Source: an uncultured Gemmatimonadales bacterium (GTDB lineage Bacteria; Gemmatimonadota; Gemmatimonadetes; Gemmatimonadales; GWC2-71-9). Taken from it: a stretch of DNA of 64,000 nt. Position numbers and translations under genes: made by a program. The notes beneath the pieces are model-generated. The model was not told the DNA's origin. It saw nothing but the letters and a program-made list of their open reading frames with translations, and did not search any database. The stretch covers positions 1 to 64,000 of the forward strand of contig CAWCFX010000003.1 of assembly GCA_963795085.1 (NCBI GenBank), written 5' to 3'. Shown piece after piece: positions 1-9,305 of the stretch. The stretch's first letter is position 1. The number at the start of each line of letters is the position of its first letter.

Positions 1-17
1 GAATTGAGCCTTCCAAT

Positions 18-51
18 CATGAAGACTTCTTCACAGAAGCTTGGGCACCCT
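18..51 (+). promoter_or_regulatory. Candidate regulon promoter A, upstream of the response regulator
   Basis: CATGA(18-22)-N6-CTTCA(29-33)-N12-CACCCT(46-51); the upstream half-site is degenerate. Confidence 0.45.
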
Positions 52-78
52 TTACAGGGAGATGGGTAGGTTCGAATC

Positions 79-783
79 ATGAAAATTCTCGTGGTGGAGG
101 ACGACCGGAAGGTCGCCGGATTTATCGAGCAGGGCCTGAAGGAAGAGGGTTACGTGGTGGATGTGGCCGCCGACGGCGACGAGGCCACCATGCTGGCCCA
201 CGTCTATGAGTACGACGTCATTCTGCTGGACGTGGTGCTGCCCCGGAAAAACGGGTTCCAGGTGGCCAGCGAGCTTCGGCGAGAGGGGCGCAACACCCCT
301 ATCCTGATGCTCACCTCCCGGGACAGCACCGAAGACGTGGTCCGTGGTCTCGATGCCGGCGCCGACGATTACCTGGCCAAGCCGTTCAAGTTCGATGAGC
401 TGCTGGCCCGGATCCGGGCGCTGCACCGCCGAGGCGGCGCCGAAGTGCTGGAGGCGCTTCAGTTCGGGCCGGTGAGCATGGACCGGTTGCGACATACCTG
501 CGGGGTGGAGGGACGACCGCTCGACCTGACCCCCAAGGAGTTCCAGCTGCTGGAGTACTTCCTGCTGCATCCCGACCAGGTGGTACGGCGCACGACTCTG
601 CTCGAAAAGGTGTGGGACATGCACTTCGACCCGGAGAGCAACGTGGTGGATGTGCACGTGGGCAACCTCAGGCGCAAGCTCAAGCGGGCGACCGGGCTGC
701 AATTGATCAGGACGGTCCGCGGCGTCGGCTTCGCCCTTCGCATGGAGACGGTGAACGCCCAGGAGCCGCCGGCGCACGCGTGA
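79..783 (+). CDS. OmpR/PhoB-family DNA-binding response regulator (CusR/CzcR-like)
   Basis: Receiver motifs LVVEDD, ILLDVVLP, GADDYLAKPF; winged helix LTPKEFQLL...SNVVDVHVGNLRRKL...IRTVRGVGF. Confidence 0.95.
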   Translation: MKILVVEDDRKVAGFIEQGLKEEGYVVDVAADGDEATMLAHVYEYDVILLDVVLPRKNGFQVASELRREGRNTPILMLTSRDSTEDVVRGLDAGADDYLAKPFKFDELLARIRALHRRGGAEVLEALQFGPVSMDRLRHTCGVEGRPLDLTPKEFQLLEYFLLHPDQVVRRTTLLEKVWDMHFDPESNVVDVHVGNLRRKLKRATGLQLIRTVRGVGFALRMETVNAQEPPAHA

Positions 784-2714
784 AGCGGTTCCCCGGGGCG
801 GCACTTCCCGGCGCCGCCGCCGTATTTCTCCTCGCCGGCCTGGCCGCATGGATTCCGGCACCGCGCGCGGCGCACGCCGTATGGCTGGCCGGCCTGGCCC
901 TGACCGGGTTCCCGGTCGTCTGGCAGACCCTTCGCGGTCTCCTCGCCGGCCGATTCGCCGCGGACATCGTCGCCTCGCTCGCCATCCTCACCTCGGCAGC
1001 CCTTGTCAACCCGCTTCCGGGGTTGATCGTGGTGCTCATGCAAACCGGCGGCGAGGCCCTGGAACGTTACGCCGAAGGCCGCGCCTCCAACGCGGTGCGC
1101 GAGCTCGAAGCGATGGCGCCGAGCATTGCCCACCGGGTGGCGGAGGGTTCCCTGCGGGACATCCCCGTGGACCGGATCGTGCCGGACGATCTCTTGCTGG
1201 TACGGCCGGGAGAATTGATCCCCTGCGACGCGATCGTCGTGGAGGGAACCTCGGCGGTCGACGCCAGCAGACTGACGGGAGAGCCGGTGCCGGTGGAGGC
1301 AGGTCCCGGAACCCGGCTCATGAGCGGGAGCGTCAACGGGCCCAGCCCGCTGACCATCAAGGCACTCGCACTGGCGCGGGAAAGCCAGTACGCCCGGATC
1401 GTCGAACTGGTGCGCACCGCGCAGGGCAGCAAGTCGCCCTTCCAGCGCCTGGCAGACCGGTATGCCATCTGGTTTACTCCGCTCACCATCGCTGTCTGCG
1501 GGATCTCCTTCCTGGCGGCCGGGGACTGGGACCGGGTGCTGGCCATTCTCGTAGTGGCGACACCCTGCCCCCTGATCCTCGCGGCGCCCGTCGCCATTAT
1601 CGGCGGGATCAACCGGGCAGCCCGCCGCATGGTGGTATTCCGAACCGGCTCGGCCATGGAGGCGCTGGCCGGCGTGACCGCCGTGGTGCTGGACAAGACC
1701 GGCACCCTCACCATCGGCCGGCCTGAAGTCGCCCGCATCCTGCTGGCGCCGGGAAGGCGATCGGCCGCCGACGTGATCCGCCTCGCCAGCGGGGTGGAAC
1801 AGGGTTCCAGTCATCCGCTGGCCCGGACCATGGTCGATGCCGCCGTGGCCCAGGGTTCTGCAATTCCACCGGCGCACGAGGTACTCGAGACCGCCGGCCA
1901 GGGAATCATCGGGGTGGTAGAAGGCAAGCGGGTGGCTATCGGGGGGCCGGCCTTCATCCGGACCCATGCACCCTCAGCGGCCGGCGAGCTTGACAACCTG
2001 GCCCGGGGCCGGCCTGGCCTGCATGCCTACGTGGCCATCGACCAGGCGGCGGCCGGCGTGGTGGAGTTCGAGGACCGGGTCCGTCCTTCAGTGCGGAAAT
2101 TCGTGACTGACCTTCGGCAGTTGGGACTGGCGCCGCTGGTTCTGCTCTCCGGCGACCGGGAGCAGAACGCGGTCGCAATCGGACACGACCTGGGCCTGGA
2201 CCTGGCGGTCGGAGGCCTGCTGGCGGCCGACAAGGCGGCCCGGGTGCGCGCCCTCATGGAGGATGGCCATCGCGTGGTCATGCTGGGAGACGGTACCAAT
2301 GATGCTCCCGCCCTTGCCAGCGCGGACGTGGGGGCCGCACTGGCATCGGGCGGCGGCGGGATAACCGCAGAATCGGCAGGCGTTGTCCTCCTGGTCGATG
2401 ATCCGGGACGGCTCGCCGAGGCGATCAGCATCAGCCGCGATACGATGCACATCGCCCGGCAGAGCGTCTGGGCGGGAATCGGCCTGAGCGGCGTCGCCAT
2501 GCTGTTCGCCGCTGCCGGCCATATTCCGCCGGCGGCCGGGGCCCTCCTTCAGGAAGGGATCGACGTGGCGGTAATCCTGAACGCGCTGCGGGCGAGCCGC
2601 CCGGGCCTCAGGCCATCGCCAGCGGGGGCGCGACCGCGGGCGCGGGCGCGTGCTGGTGTTCGGACAGCGTCCGGCCGATTTCTTCGTCGGTGGTTTGCCG
2701 GTTCTCGGCATTGA
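780..2714 (+). CDS. Heavy-metal P-type ATPase, P1B-5 subclass
   Basis: GTG at 780 overlaps the regulator stop (GTGA); LTGE, TPCP, DKTGT, GDGTND, QSVWAGIGLSGVAM and PAAGALLQEGIDVAVILN. Confidence 0.92.
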   Translation: MKRFPGAALPGAAAVFLLAGLAAWIPAPRAAHAVWLAGLALTGFPVVWQTLRGLLAGRFAADIVASLAILTSAALVNPLPGLIVVLMQTGGEALERYAEGRASNAVRELEAMAPSIAHRVAEGSLRDIPVDRIVPDDLLLVRPGELIPCDAIVVEGTSAVDASRLTGEPVPVEAGPGTRLMSGSVNGPSPLTIKALALARESQYARIVELVRTAQGSKSPFQRLADRYAIWFTPLTIAVCGISFLAAGDWDRVLAILVVATPCPLILAAPVAIIGGINRAARRMVVFRTGSAMEALAGVTAVVLDKTGTLTIGRPEVARILLAPGRRSAADVIRLASGVEQGSSHPLARTMVDAAVAQGSAIPPAHEVLETAGQGIIGVVEGKRVAIGGPAFIRTHAPSAAGELDNLARGRPGLHAYVAIDQAAAGVVEFEDRVRPSVRKFVTDLRQLGLAPLVLLSGDREQNAVAIGHDLGLDLAVGGLLAADKAARVRALMEDGHRVVMLGDGTNDAPALASADVGAALASGGGGITAESAGVVLLVDDPGRLAEAISISRDTMHIARQSVWAGIGLSGVAMLFAAAGHIPPAAGALLQEGIDVAVILNALRASRPGLRPSPAGARPRARARAGVRTASGRFLRRWFAGSRH

Positions 2715-3276
2715 CCAGCATCACCGACCGAAACTCCTCCATGCTGAACCGGGTGAGAACCCGGAAGAACGGCGAGATCAGGCCCCCCAGCCCCGGGCAT
2801 CCCACGGGCGAGGCATAGAGCACTTCCCGGGCGCCCCGGTTCCAGAGAACGTCCGCGATGGCAGCCAGCTGCGGCAAGCCCGCCGAGCCATCGCTCACCA
2901 GGATTACCGGACGTCCCTCGATGCTGACCGGCATCCTCCCGCCGCGCAGACGGCTGGCCCGGGCGGTCATCGCGGCGCAGACCGGGCCGGCGAGTATGGC
3001 GGCATACGGTTCCGCTCCCGGCTGAACGGCGCAGGCGGCCAGGTTCGGGCGGAATTTCCCGTCCACCACGATGCCCAGGGTGGGGCACTGCGCGCCGGGC
3101 ACCTCGACCGGCTCAACCAGGACGATATCCAGCGGCGCCCGCCGTTTCCGGGCAATCTCCCTGCCGATACGGACCCCGCCCGGCGCCAGCGCGAGCACCA
3201 CTGCGTCTGGACCGACCATTCGGTCGACAGCCCAGGCGAGCGACTCCCCTATTTCTGCATGATGGATGAAACGCAT
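2608..3276 (-). CDS. Phosphoribosyltransferase-like protein with a degenerate PRPP loop
   Basis: VVLALAPGGV...APLDIV, GRPVILVSDGS and QTTDEEI follow the layout of Rv2030c-N-type PRTases; SD GGAGG upstream. Confidence 0.75.
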   Translation of the reverse strand: MRFIHHAEIGESLAWAVDRMVGPDAVVLALAPGGVRIGREIARKRRAPLDIVLVEPVEVPGAQCPTLGIVVDGKFRPNLAACAVQPGAEPYAAILAGPVCAAMTARASRLRGGRMPVSIEGRPVILVSDGSAGLPQLAAIADVLWNRGAREVLYASPVGCPGLGGLISPFFRVLTRFSMEEFRSVMLVNAENRQTTDEEIGRTLSEHQHAPAPAVAPPLAMA

Positions 3277-3317
3277 CGGTCACCTCCGGTTGTTGAGCAC
3301 GCATTCACGCCACGACC

Positions 3318-3351
3318 AACATTGGTGCACGCTCATGAAGCCAGCGTGAAT
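3318..3351 (-). promoter_or_regulatory. Candidate regulon promoter B, upstream of the PRTase-like gene
   Basis: Minus strand ATTCA-N6-CTTCA-N12-AATGTT. Confidence 0.55.
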
Positions 3352-3391
3352 GACTCCGGAGAATGACTTCCCGCCCGCCGCCTGAAGCCCG

Positions 3392-3436
3392 CTTCATGCT
3401 TTCCGTGCCGGTCCCTTCATCGGCGCGGCCTAGATT
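3392..3436 (+). promoter_or_regulatory. Candidate regulon promoter C, upstream of the multicopper oxidase
   Basis: CTTCA at 3392 and 3415 (23 bp apart), then N11-TAGATT(3431-3436); spacing is imperfect. Confidence 0.4.
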
Positions 3437-3480
3437 CGCCACGGTTCGATCCCCCTCTACCGTGCAAGCAGGAGACTCCC

Positions 3481-4545
3481 GTGCCCGACCGCACTTCCGC
3501 AACCTCCCGGCGACACTTTTTGCGGCAGGGCGCTGCCGCTGCCCTGGTCCTGCCTGCCGCGGTCGGCGCGATCACTGCCTGCAGCGACAGTGGGAACACC
3601 GCCCAGGCCCAGCCGCCCAAGGCTCCCGGGTCCGGCCCCGCTGCGGCGCCGGCTCTCACTTCCCGGGAGAAAGCCGACCGGATGGATGCCCTGCATGAGG
3701 CCGGGATCAAGGCGTTCCCGGCCCCCACCGCGGGCAAAGGCAACCAGCGGCTGGCCCCCCGGATGAACCGGGGAGTCAAGATATTCGAGCTGAGGGCCGC
3801 CGAGGTGGAATGGGAGGTCGAGCCGGGCCGCAAGGTGAAGGCGTGGGCCTATAACGGGCAGGTGCCCGGTCCCCAGATCCGGGTCCGGGAGGGCGACCGC
3901 GTGCGCGTGGTCCTGCGCAACGACCTGCTGGAGTCCACCGCGATCCATTTCCACGGATTGGAGACTCCCAACGACCAGGACGGGGTCCCCTTCATCACCC
4001 AGCCGCCGGTGAAGCCGGGCGCGTCCTACACCTACGAGTTCACGGTCCCCAATGCCGGCTCCCACATGTACCACTCCCACCACAACTCGGCCCGGCAGGT
4101 AGGAATGGGATTGCTGGGTGCTTTTATTGTCGAGCCCCGGGACGCCAGTCGGGAACCCAGGGTGGACGTGGACTACGTCATGGTGCTCAACGATGGCCCC
4201 CACGGTTATACCCTCAACGGGAAGGGATTTCCCGCCACCGAACCGATAGTGGCGCAATTGGGCCAGACGGTCCGGATCCGCTACATGAACGAAGGGATGA
4301 TGATCCACCCGATGCATCTCCACGGGATGCACATGACGGTGATCGCCAAGGACGGGTGGGACCAGCCGATGCCCTGGAAGTGCGACACGCTCAACATCGC
4401 CCCCGGGGAGCGGTGGGACGTGCTGGTCAAGGCGACCAACCCCGGCGTCTGGGCCTTCCACTGTCACGTGCTGCCGCACGCGGAGACCGAGCATGGGATG
4501 TTCGGGATGGTCACCGCGCTGATCGTCGAGAAGCCCACACCCTGA
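3481..4545 (+). CDS. Tat-exported two-domain multicopper oxidase, probable lipoprotein
   Basis: SRRHFL twin-arginine motif, lipobox ITAC; copper motifs HFHG, YHSH, HPMHLHG, HCHVLPH...M. Confidence 0.92.
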   Translation: MPDRTSATSRRHFLRQGAAAALVLPAAVGAITACSDSGNTAQAQPPKAPGSGPAAAPALTSREKADRMDALHEAGIKAFPAPTAGKGNQRLAPRMNRGVKIFELRAAEVEWEVEPGRKVKAWAYNGQVPGPQIRVREGDRVRVVLRNDLLESTAIHFHGLETPNDQDGVPFITQPPVKPGASYTYEFTVPNAGSHMYHSHHNSARQVGMGLLGAFIVEPRDASREPRVDVDYVMVLNDGPHGYTLNGKGFPATEPIVAQLGQTVRIRYMNEGMMIHPMHLHGMHMTVIAKDGWDQPMPWKCDTLNIAPGERWDVLVKATNPGVWAFHCHVLPHAETEHGMFGMVTALIVEKPTP

Positions 4546-4567
4546 GCGCGGAACGGCGCGGCCCGGG

Positions 4568-6670
4568 TCAGCCGAGCAGGACCCGGCCGTCCGCCGCGAT
4601 GGCTCCCTCCGGCCGGGCCAGGAGGGGATTGATATCGATCTCAACAATCTCGGGAAAATCCACGGCGAGCCGGGAGAGCCGGAGCAGGACGTCTTCGATC
4701 GAGGCCCGGTCCGACGGGGCAGCGCCGCGCACGCCCTCGAGGACCCGGGCGCTCCGGAGACCCGTGACCAGGTCTCGGGCGTCGGCCCGGGCGATCGGGG
4801 CAACCCGGAACAGCACGTCCCCGAGCACCTCCACCAGCACCCCGCCGAGCCCGAACATCACCAGCGGGCCGAAGGCGGCGTCGCGGCTTACCCCTGCGAT
4901 CATTTCGGGTCCCCCCCGCACCATTTCCTGCACCAGAACGCCGTCGACTCCCGCCCCCGGCGCCAGTTGACCCACCGCGCGCTCAATATCAAGGAACGCG
5001 GCGCGCACCGCTGCCGCTCCCCGCACCCCCAGACGAATGCCGCCCACGTCGGTCTTGTGGATGATATCCGGGGAAACAATCTTCAGGGCCACCGGTCCGC
5101 CCATGGTGTCCGCCAGGCGCGCGGCCTCATCGGCGCTTCGAGCCAGCGCGGCCCGTGCCACGGGAATTCCGTATGCCGCGAGGAGCTCCAGCGCATCCAG
5201 CTCCGGCAGCTTCTTCACGCCGGTGGCGCGGGCCCGCGCGATGATCGCCGTGGCCCGCACCGGGTCACCCCCGGGAAGCGGATCGCTTGATGGTTCCCGC
5301 TCCCGCCACTCCCGGTGCTTCGCGAGGGCCGCCACCGCGCGGGCGGCCGATTCGGGGAAGACATAGGCCGGAATCCCGAACTCGTGGAGTTCCGCCTTCC
5401 CCTGGGGGAGGCCTTCTCGTCCCATGAGCACGGCGAGGACCGGCTTACCGGGAACCTGGGAAGCGGCGAGGGCCACGGCCTCCGCGACATCGGCCTGCCG
5501 AATCCCCAGCGGGGGGACGAACACCGCAATTGCCGAATCCACCGAGGGATCTCGCAGGATGGCGCCCAGCGCGGACCGATAGTTGGCCGGCGTGGCGGAG
5601 GCGATCATGTCCAGCGGGTTCCGAATGGACGCTTCCTCGGGAAGCAGCGGCCGCAGCGACTGCACCGTGGGTTCTGCCAGCGTGGCCAGCTCCATGCCAA
5701 CGGCCTCCAGCGCATCGGCCACCAGGATCCCCGGGCCGCCCGCATTGGTGAGCACGGCGGTGCGCCGGGAGCGCGGCAAGGCGCGGCCGCCGAAGGCCAT
5801 GGCGAGATCAAACAGTTCCTCGACTGAGCCGGCCCGGATGACACCGGACTGGGCGAGGAGGGCATCCACCGCCGCGTCACTCGCGGCCAGCGCGCCGGTA
5901 TGGGATGAGGCCGCACGGGCACCGACCGCCGAGCGGCCCGACTTGACGACGATGATCGGCTTGGTGCGGGTGATCCGGGAGGCGACCTCGAGAAACCGCC
6001 GGGGATTGCCGAAACTCTCGACGTACATGAGGATGATGCCCACCCCGGGGTCGGCCTCCCAGTGCTCCAGCAGATCGTTGCCGCTGATATCCGGCTTGTT
6101 GCCGACGGAGACGAACTGGGAGATGCCGATGCCGTATTCCTGGGCATAATCGAGGACGCTGAGGCCCAGCGCCCCGGATTGGGACACGAACGCGGCCCGG
6201 CCGAACGGGGGCATGCTGGGCGCGAAGGTGGCGTTCATAGATACCGCGGGATCGGTGTTGAGTACGCCCATACAGTTGGGGCCGACCATGCGCATACCGT
6301 GGCGACGCACAATCTCCACCAGCGCCCGCTCCCGCCCGATGCCGTCCCCGCCGATCTCCCGGAATCCCGCCGAGATGACCACCAGCGCCTTGACGCCGGC
6401 CTGCCCGCACTCCTCCGCCACCTCGAGCACGATGTCCTTGGGGACCGTGACGACGGCCATGTCCGGCGGTTCCGGGAGGGCCCCGATGTCGGGGTAGGCA
6501 CGGATGGAGTGCACCGAGCTGGCCCGCGGGTTCACCGGATAGACGGGGCCGGTGTACCCGTACCGGACCAGATTGGAGACGATCTGGTGACCGATCGTGC
6601 TGCGGGTGCGGCTGGCGCCAACCACGGCGACCTGGCGGGGCTGGAACACGGGAAGCAACGGTCGGGTCAT
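4568..6670 (-). CDS. Acetate/acyl-CoA ligase, ADP-forming (fused alpha/beta)
   Basis: CoA-binding VAVVGAS, GPNCMG, SQSGAL, phospho-His motif SHTG, NPLD, ATP-grasp HKTDVGG and EIDINPL. Confidence 0.92.
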   Translation of the reverse strand: MTRPLLPVFQPRQVAVVGASRTRSTIGHQIVSNLVRYGYTGPVYPVNPRASSVHSIRAYPDIGALPEPPDMAVVTVPKDIVLEVAEECGQAGVKALVVISAGFREIGGDGIGRERALVEIVRRHGMRMVGPNCMGVLNTDPAVSMNATFAPSMPPFGRAAFVSQSGALGLSVLDYAQEYGIGISQFVSVGNKPDISGNDLLEHWEADPGVGIILMYVESFGNPRRFLEVASRITRTKPIIVVKSGRSAVGARAASSHTGALAASDAAVDALLAQSGVIRAGSVEELFDLAMAFGGRALPRSRRTAVLTNAGGPGILVADALEAVGMELATLAEPTVQSLRPLLPEEASIRNPLDMIASATPANYRSALGAILRDPSVDSAIAVFVPPLGIRQADVAEAVALAASQVPGKPVLAVLMGREGLPQGKAELHEFGIPAYVFPESAARAVAALAKHREWREREPSSDPLPGGDPVRATAIIARARATGVKKLPELDALELLAAYGIPVARAALARSADEAARLADTMGGPVALKIVSPDIIHKTDVGGIRLGVRGAAAVRAAFLDIERAVGQLAPGAGVDGVLVQEMVRGGPEMIAGVSRDAAFGPLVMFGLGGVLVEVLGDVLFRVAPIARADARDLVTGLRSARVLEGVRGAAPSDRASIEDVLLRLSRLAVDFPEIVEIDINPLLARPEGAIAADGRVLLG

Positions 6671-6715
6671 GGGATCTCGTTCACGAATGTGGTCCCCGCA
6701 ATACTAACAAGCCAT

Positions 6716-6760
6716 CTTCAGAATCGCTTCACGGACGCTTCAGCGCCGGAACACCAGTTT
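6716..6760 (+). promoter_or_regulatory. Candidate regulon promoter D with three perfect repeats, upstream of the CBS gene
   Basis: CTTCA at 6716, 6727 and 6738, then N12-CAGTTT. Confidence 0.7.
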
Positions 6761-6788
6761 CCTCATTGACTTCAGCAGGAGCAGAGCA

Positions 6789-7190
6789 ATGCGTGTTGCG
6801 GAACTGATGCAGACACCGGTAGTCACGATTCCCCGGGGCGCGTCGATCGCCGAAGCCATCCTGACGCTGGCCGACAAGCATATCTCGGCGGTCCCGGTCG
6901 TGGACCAGCAGCAGCAGATGATCGGGGTGCTGTCCACCACGGATATCCTGTTGGCGGAATCAAACACCTCGGAGGCAGCGGCCCGGGAACAGCTATTCGA
7001 GGATACCCCCGTGGAGGACCTGATGACCCCACGGCCCCTCACCATCCGCCCCGACGCCGATGTGCGGGACGCGGCCCGCCAGATGCTCTACGGGGACGTG
7101 CACCGGCTCTTCGTGGAACTCGACGGCGAGTTAATCGGCGTCGTCTCCCGGACTGACGTGGCGCGGGCCTTCGCGATTCAGCGGGCATAA
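6789..7190 (+). CDS. CBS-pair domain protein
   Basis: VAELMQTPVVT, ISAVPVVD, IGVLSTTDI, VEDLMT, LIGVVSRTDV; SD AGGAG. Confidence 0.93.
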   Translation: MRVAELMQTPVVTIPRGASIAEAILTLADKHISAVPVVDQQQQMIGVLSTTDILLAESNTSEAAAREQLFEDTPVEDLMTPRPLTIRPDADVRDAARQMLYGDVHRLFVELDGELIGVVSRTDVARAFAIQRA

Positions 7191-7196
7191 GCCGGT

Positions 7197-7241
7197 CTTC
7201 TCCCTTGCTTCACGGTTTCTTCACCGCCGCAGGGTGATGTT
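7197..7241 (+). promoter_or_regulatory. Candidate regulon promoter E, upstream of the usp-acg operon
   Basis: CTTCT(7197), CTTCA(7208), CTTCA(7219), then N12-GATGTT. Confidence 0.65.
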
Positions 7242-7281
7242 GAAGACAGCACAGAGACTCTCAAGGTGAAAGGACCCGGCC

Positions 7282-8244
7282 ATGTTACAACTCTCATCGA
7301 TCCTGGTGCCGCTGGATGGGTCGAGCTTCGCGGAACAGGCGTTACCACTGGCCGCCCGTCTGGCCCGGGCCTCCAGCGCCAGCCTCCGGCTGGCCCTGGT
7401 CCATACCCCGACCACTGCCTGGGACCCGGGGATCGAGTTCCGCCTGTTCGATCCGGAAATGGAATTGCAGGTTCGGGAACGCGAATCCGGGTACCTCGAG
7501 AAGGTGGCCCGCGACCTGTCCGGCGGCAACGGGCTGCATGTGGAGTGCGCGCTCCTGAACGGCCCCGTTGCGCCGGCGCTCGAGGACTACATCACCCGAA
7601 CCGGCACTGACCTGGTCATCATGACCAGCCACGGGCGGGGCGGTGTGGAACGGCTGGTCATGGGCAACGTGGCCGACCAGCTGGTCCGGCGGGTCACCGC
7701 GCCGGTTATTGTGCTGCGGCCGAGCGACCAGGAAGTGGATGACAGCATGCCGAGGCGGATTCTCGTCACGCTCGACGGGTCCCTGCTCTCCGAATCGGTG
7801 CTGGACGAAGCGGCGGCCCTCGCCCGGATCCTCCGGGCGGACATCCTCCTCACGATGGTCGTCCAGCCCGCGCCGGTCCTGCTGCCGCCGTTCGCCTGGC
7901 CGCCGGAAGCGCTGTCCCGGTCGCCCGAAGAACGGGAACTGGACGCGCGACGCTACCTGGAACGCATCAAGCAGCAACTGCGCAGCCAGGGCCTCGGCGT
8001 GCAGAGCCGAGTCCGGACCGCCCGGAAGGTCGGGCGCGAGATCCTACGGATCGCGCGTCAGGAGGAGTGCAGCATGATCGCAATGGCCACCCACGGAGTG
8101 AGCGGGCTCGACCGCCTGATGCTGGGCAGCATCGCTGACCAGGTAGTGCGCCATGCCGAGGTCCCGGTGCTGCTGGTGCGCCCCCGTGACGAGGCGCCGG
8201 CCGCAGAGGAACCTCTCACCGCGGCGCTGGGATCCATGGCGTGA
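7282..8244 (+). CDS. Tandem universal stress protein (two USP domains)
   Basis: ILVPLDGS...DLVIMTSHGRGG...MGNVADQLVR and ILVTLDGS...MATHG...LGSIADQVVR. Confidence 0.95.
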   Translation: MLQLSSILVPLDGSSFAEQALPLAARLARASSASLRLALVHTPTTAWDPGIEFRLFDPEMELQVRERESGYLEKVARDLSGGNGLHVECALLNGPVAPALEDYITRTGTDLVIMTSHGRGGVERLVMGNVADQLVRRVTAPVIVLRPSDQEVDDSMPRRILVTLDGSLLSESVLDEAAALARILRADILLTMVVQPAPVLLPPFAWPPEALSRSPEERELDARRYLERIKQQLRSQGLGVQSRVRTARKVGREILRIARQEECSMIAMATHGVSGLDRLMLGSIADQVVRHAEVPVLLVRPRDEAPAAEEPLTAALGSMA

Positions 8245-9305
8245 CAAGCGTCCCCATGATTCCGGTACGGGATCCCGCCCTGGCGATCTGGAGTGCCGCC
8301 ATTGACGATTTTCCGGTCGGTGGGTCGCCCGCCGAGAAGCTGGCGGCCCTGGTGCCGTTCGCCATCCTGGCGCCCTCCAGCCACAACGCGCAGCCCTGGC
8401 TGTTCCGGATCGCCGACGATGCTCTCGAGCTGCGGGCCGACCGGCGGCGCCGGCTTCCGGTGGCGGATCCGGACGACCGCGAGATGATCATCGGTTGCGG
8501 CGCCGCGCTCGGGTGCCTCAACATCGCGCTCCGGACATTCGGCTACGCGGGCCACGTCACAGTGCGTCCGGATCCGGACCACCCGGAGCTTCTGGCCCGG
8601 GTGGGACTGGGCGCGCCGCATCTTCCCGATGAGCACGACCACGCGCTCTTCCGGGCGATGCACCAGCGGAAGACGTATCGCCTGCCGTTTCACCGCCGGA
8701 CCCCGGAACCCCGCCTGATGTCGGATCTCGAGGCCATCGCTCGCCACCGGGGAGCCTGGTTCCGGATCTTTCAGTCGGACGCCCGCCGGATGGCCCTCAC
8801 CGACCTGGTATCCGAAGGCGATCGCCGACAGATGGCCGATCCCGCGTTCCGGCGCGAACTGGCGTCCTGGCTCCACTCCAATCGCTCTCGTACCCGGGAT
8901 GGCATGCCGGGGTGGACCCACGGGTTCGGCCCCGCCAGCGCGGCCGCACTGCCGCTGATCGTACGGACTTTCGATACCGGCGACGGAAAGTCGGCCCACG
9001 ACGAGACGCTGGCGCTGGGTTCCCCGCTGCTGGCCGTCCTCGGAACCTGGACCGACACACCGGCCGACTGGATGCAGACGGGTCGCGCCCTGATCGACCT
9101 CCTGCTTCACGGTCTCACGGAAGGGGTCACCGCGTCGTACCTGAACCAGCCGGTGGAGATTCCCGCCCTCCGCCAGCGGCTGGCCAGCCTGGTGGGGCAG
9201 TCGGCGTATCCCCAACTCGTACTGCGGATGGGGTACCCCGACCGGGACGAACCCCGGCGCACGCCACGCCGTGACGTGACCGCGGTGCTGGAAGGCGATT
9301 CGTGA
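8241..9305 (+). CDS. Acg-family FMN-binding nitroreductase-like protein
   Basis: LAPSSHNAQPW, DPDDREMIIGCGAAL, YLNQPVE, PQLVLRMGY...TPRR. Confidence 0.9.
   Translation: MTSVPMIPVRDPALAIWSAAIDDFPVGGSPAEKLAALVPFAILAPSSHNAQPWLFRIADDALELRADRRRRLPVADPDDREMIIGCGAALGCLNIALRTFGYAGHVTVRPDPDHPELLARVGLGAPHLPDEHDHALFRAMHQRKTYRLPFHRRTPEPRLMSDLEAIARHRGAWFRIFQSDARRMALTDLVSEGDRRQMADPAFRRELASWLHSNRSRTRDGMPGWTHGFGPASAAALPLIVRTFDTGDGKSAHDETLALGSPLLAVLGTWTDTPADWMQTGRALIDLLLHGLTEGVTASYLNQPVEIPALRQRLASLVGQSAYPQLVLRMGYPDRDEPRRTPRRDVTAVLEGDS

Noticed and set aside
68..78. AGGTTCGAATC matching the tRNA-Arg T-loop, as a possible att site
   Set aside because: Only 11 bp, inverted relative to the tRNA, and no integrase is present.
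3440..3465. GGTTCGATCCC tRNA-like T-arm
   Set aside because: No cloverleaf can be built around it.
3481..4545. Copper nitrite reductase NirK
   Set aside because: The type-1 Cys is in domain 2 and the full set of HxH motifs of an oxidase is present.
4568..6670. Protein lysine acetyltransferase Pat
   Set aside because: No GNAT domain, and the catalytic His motif is retained.
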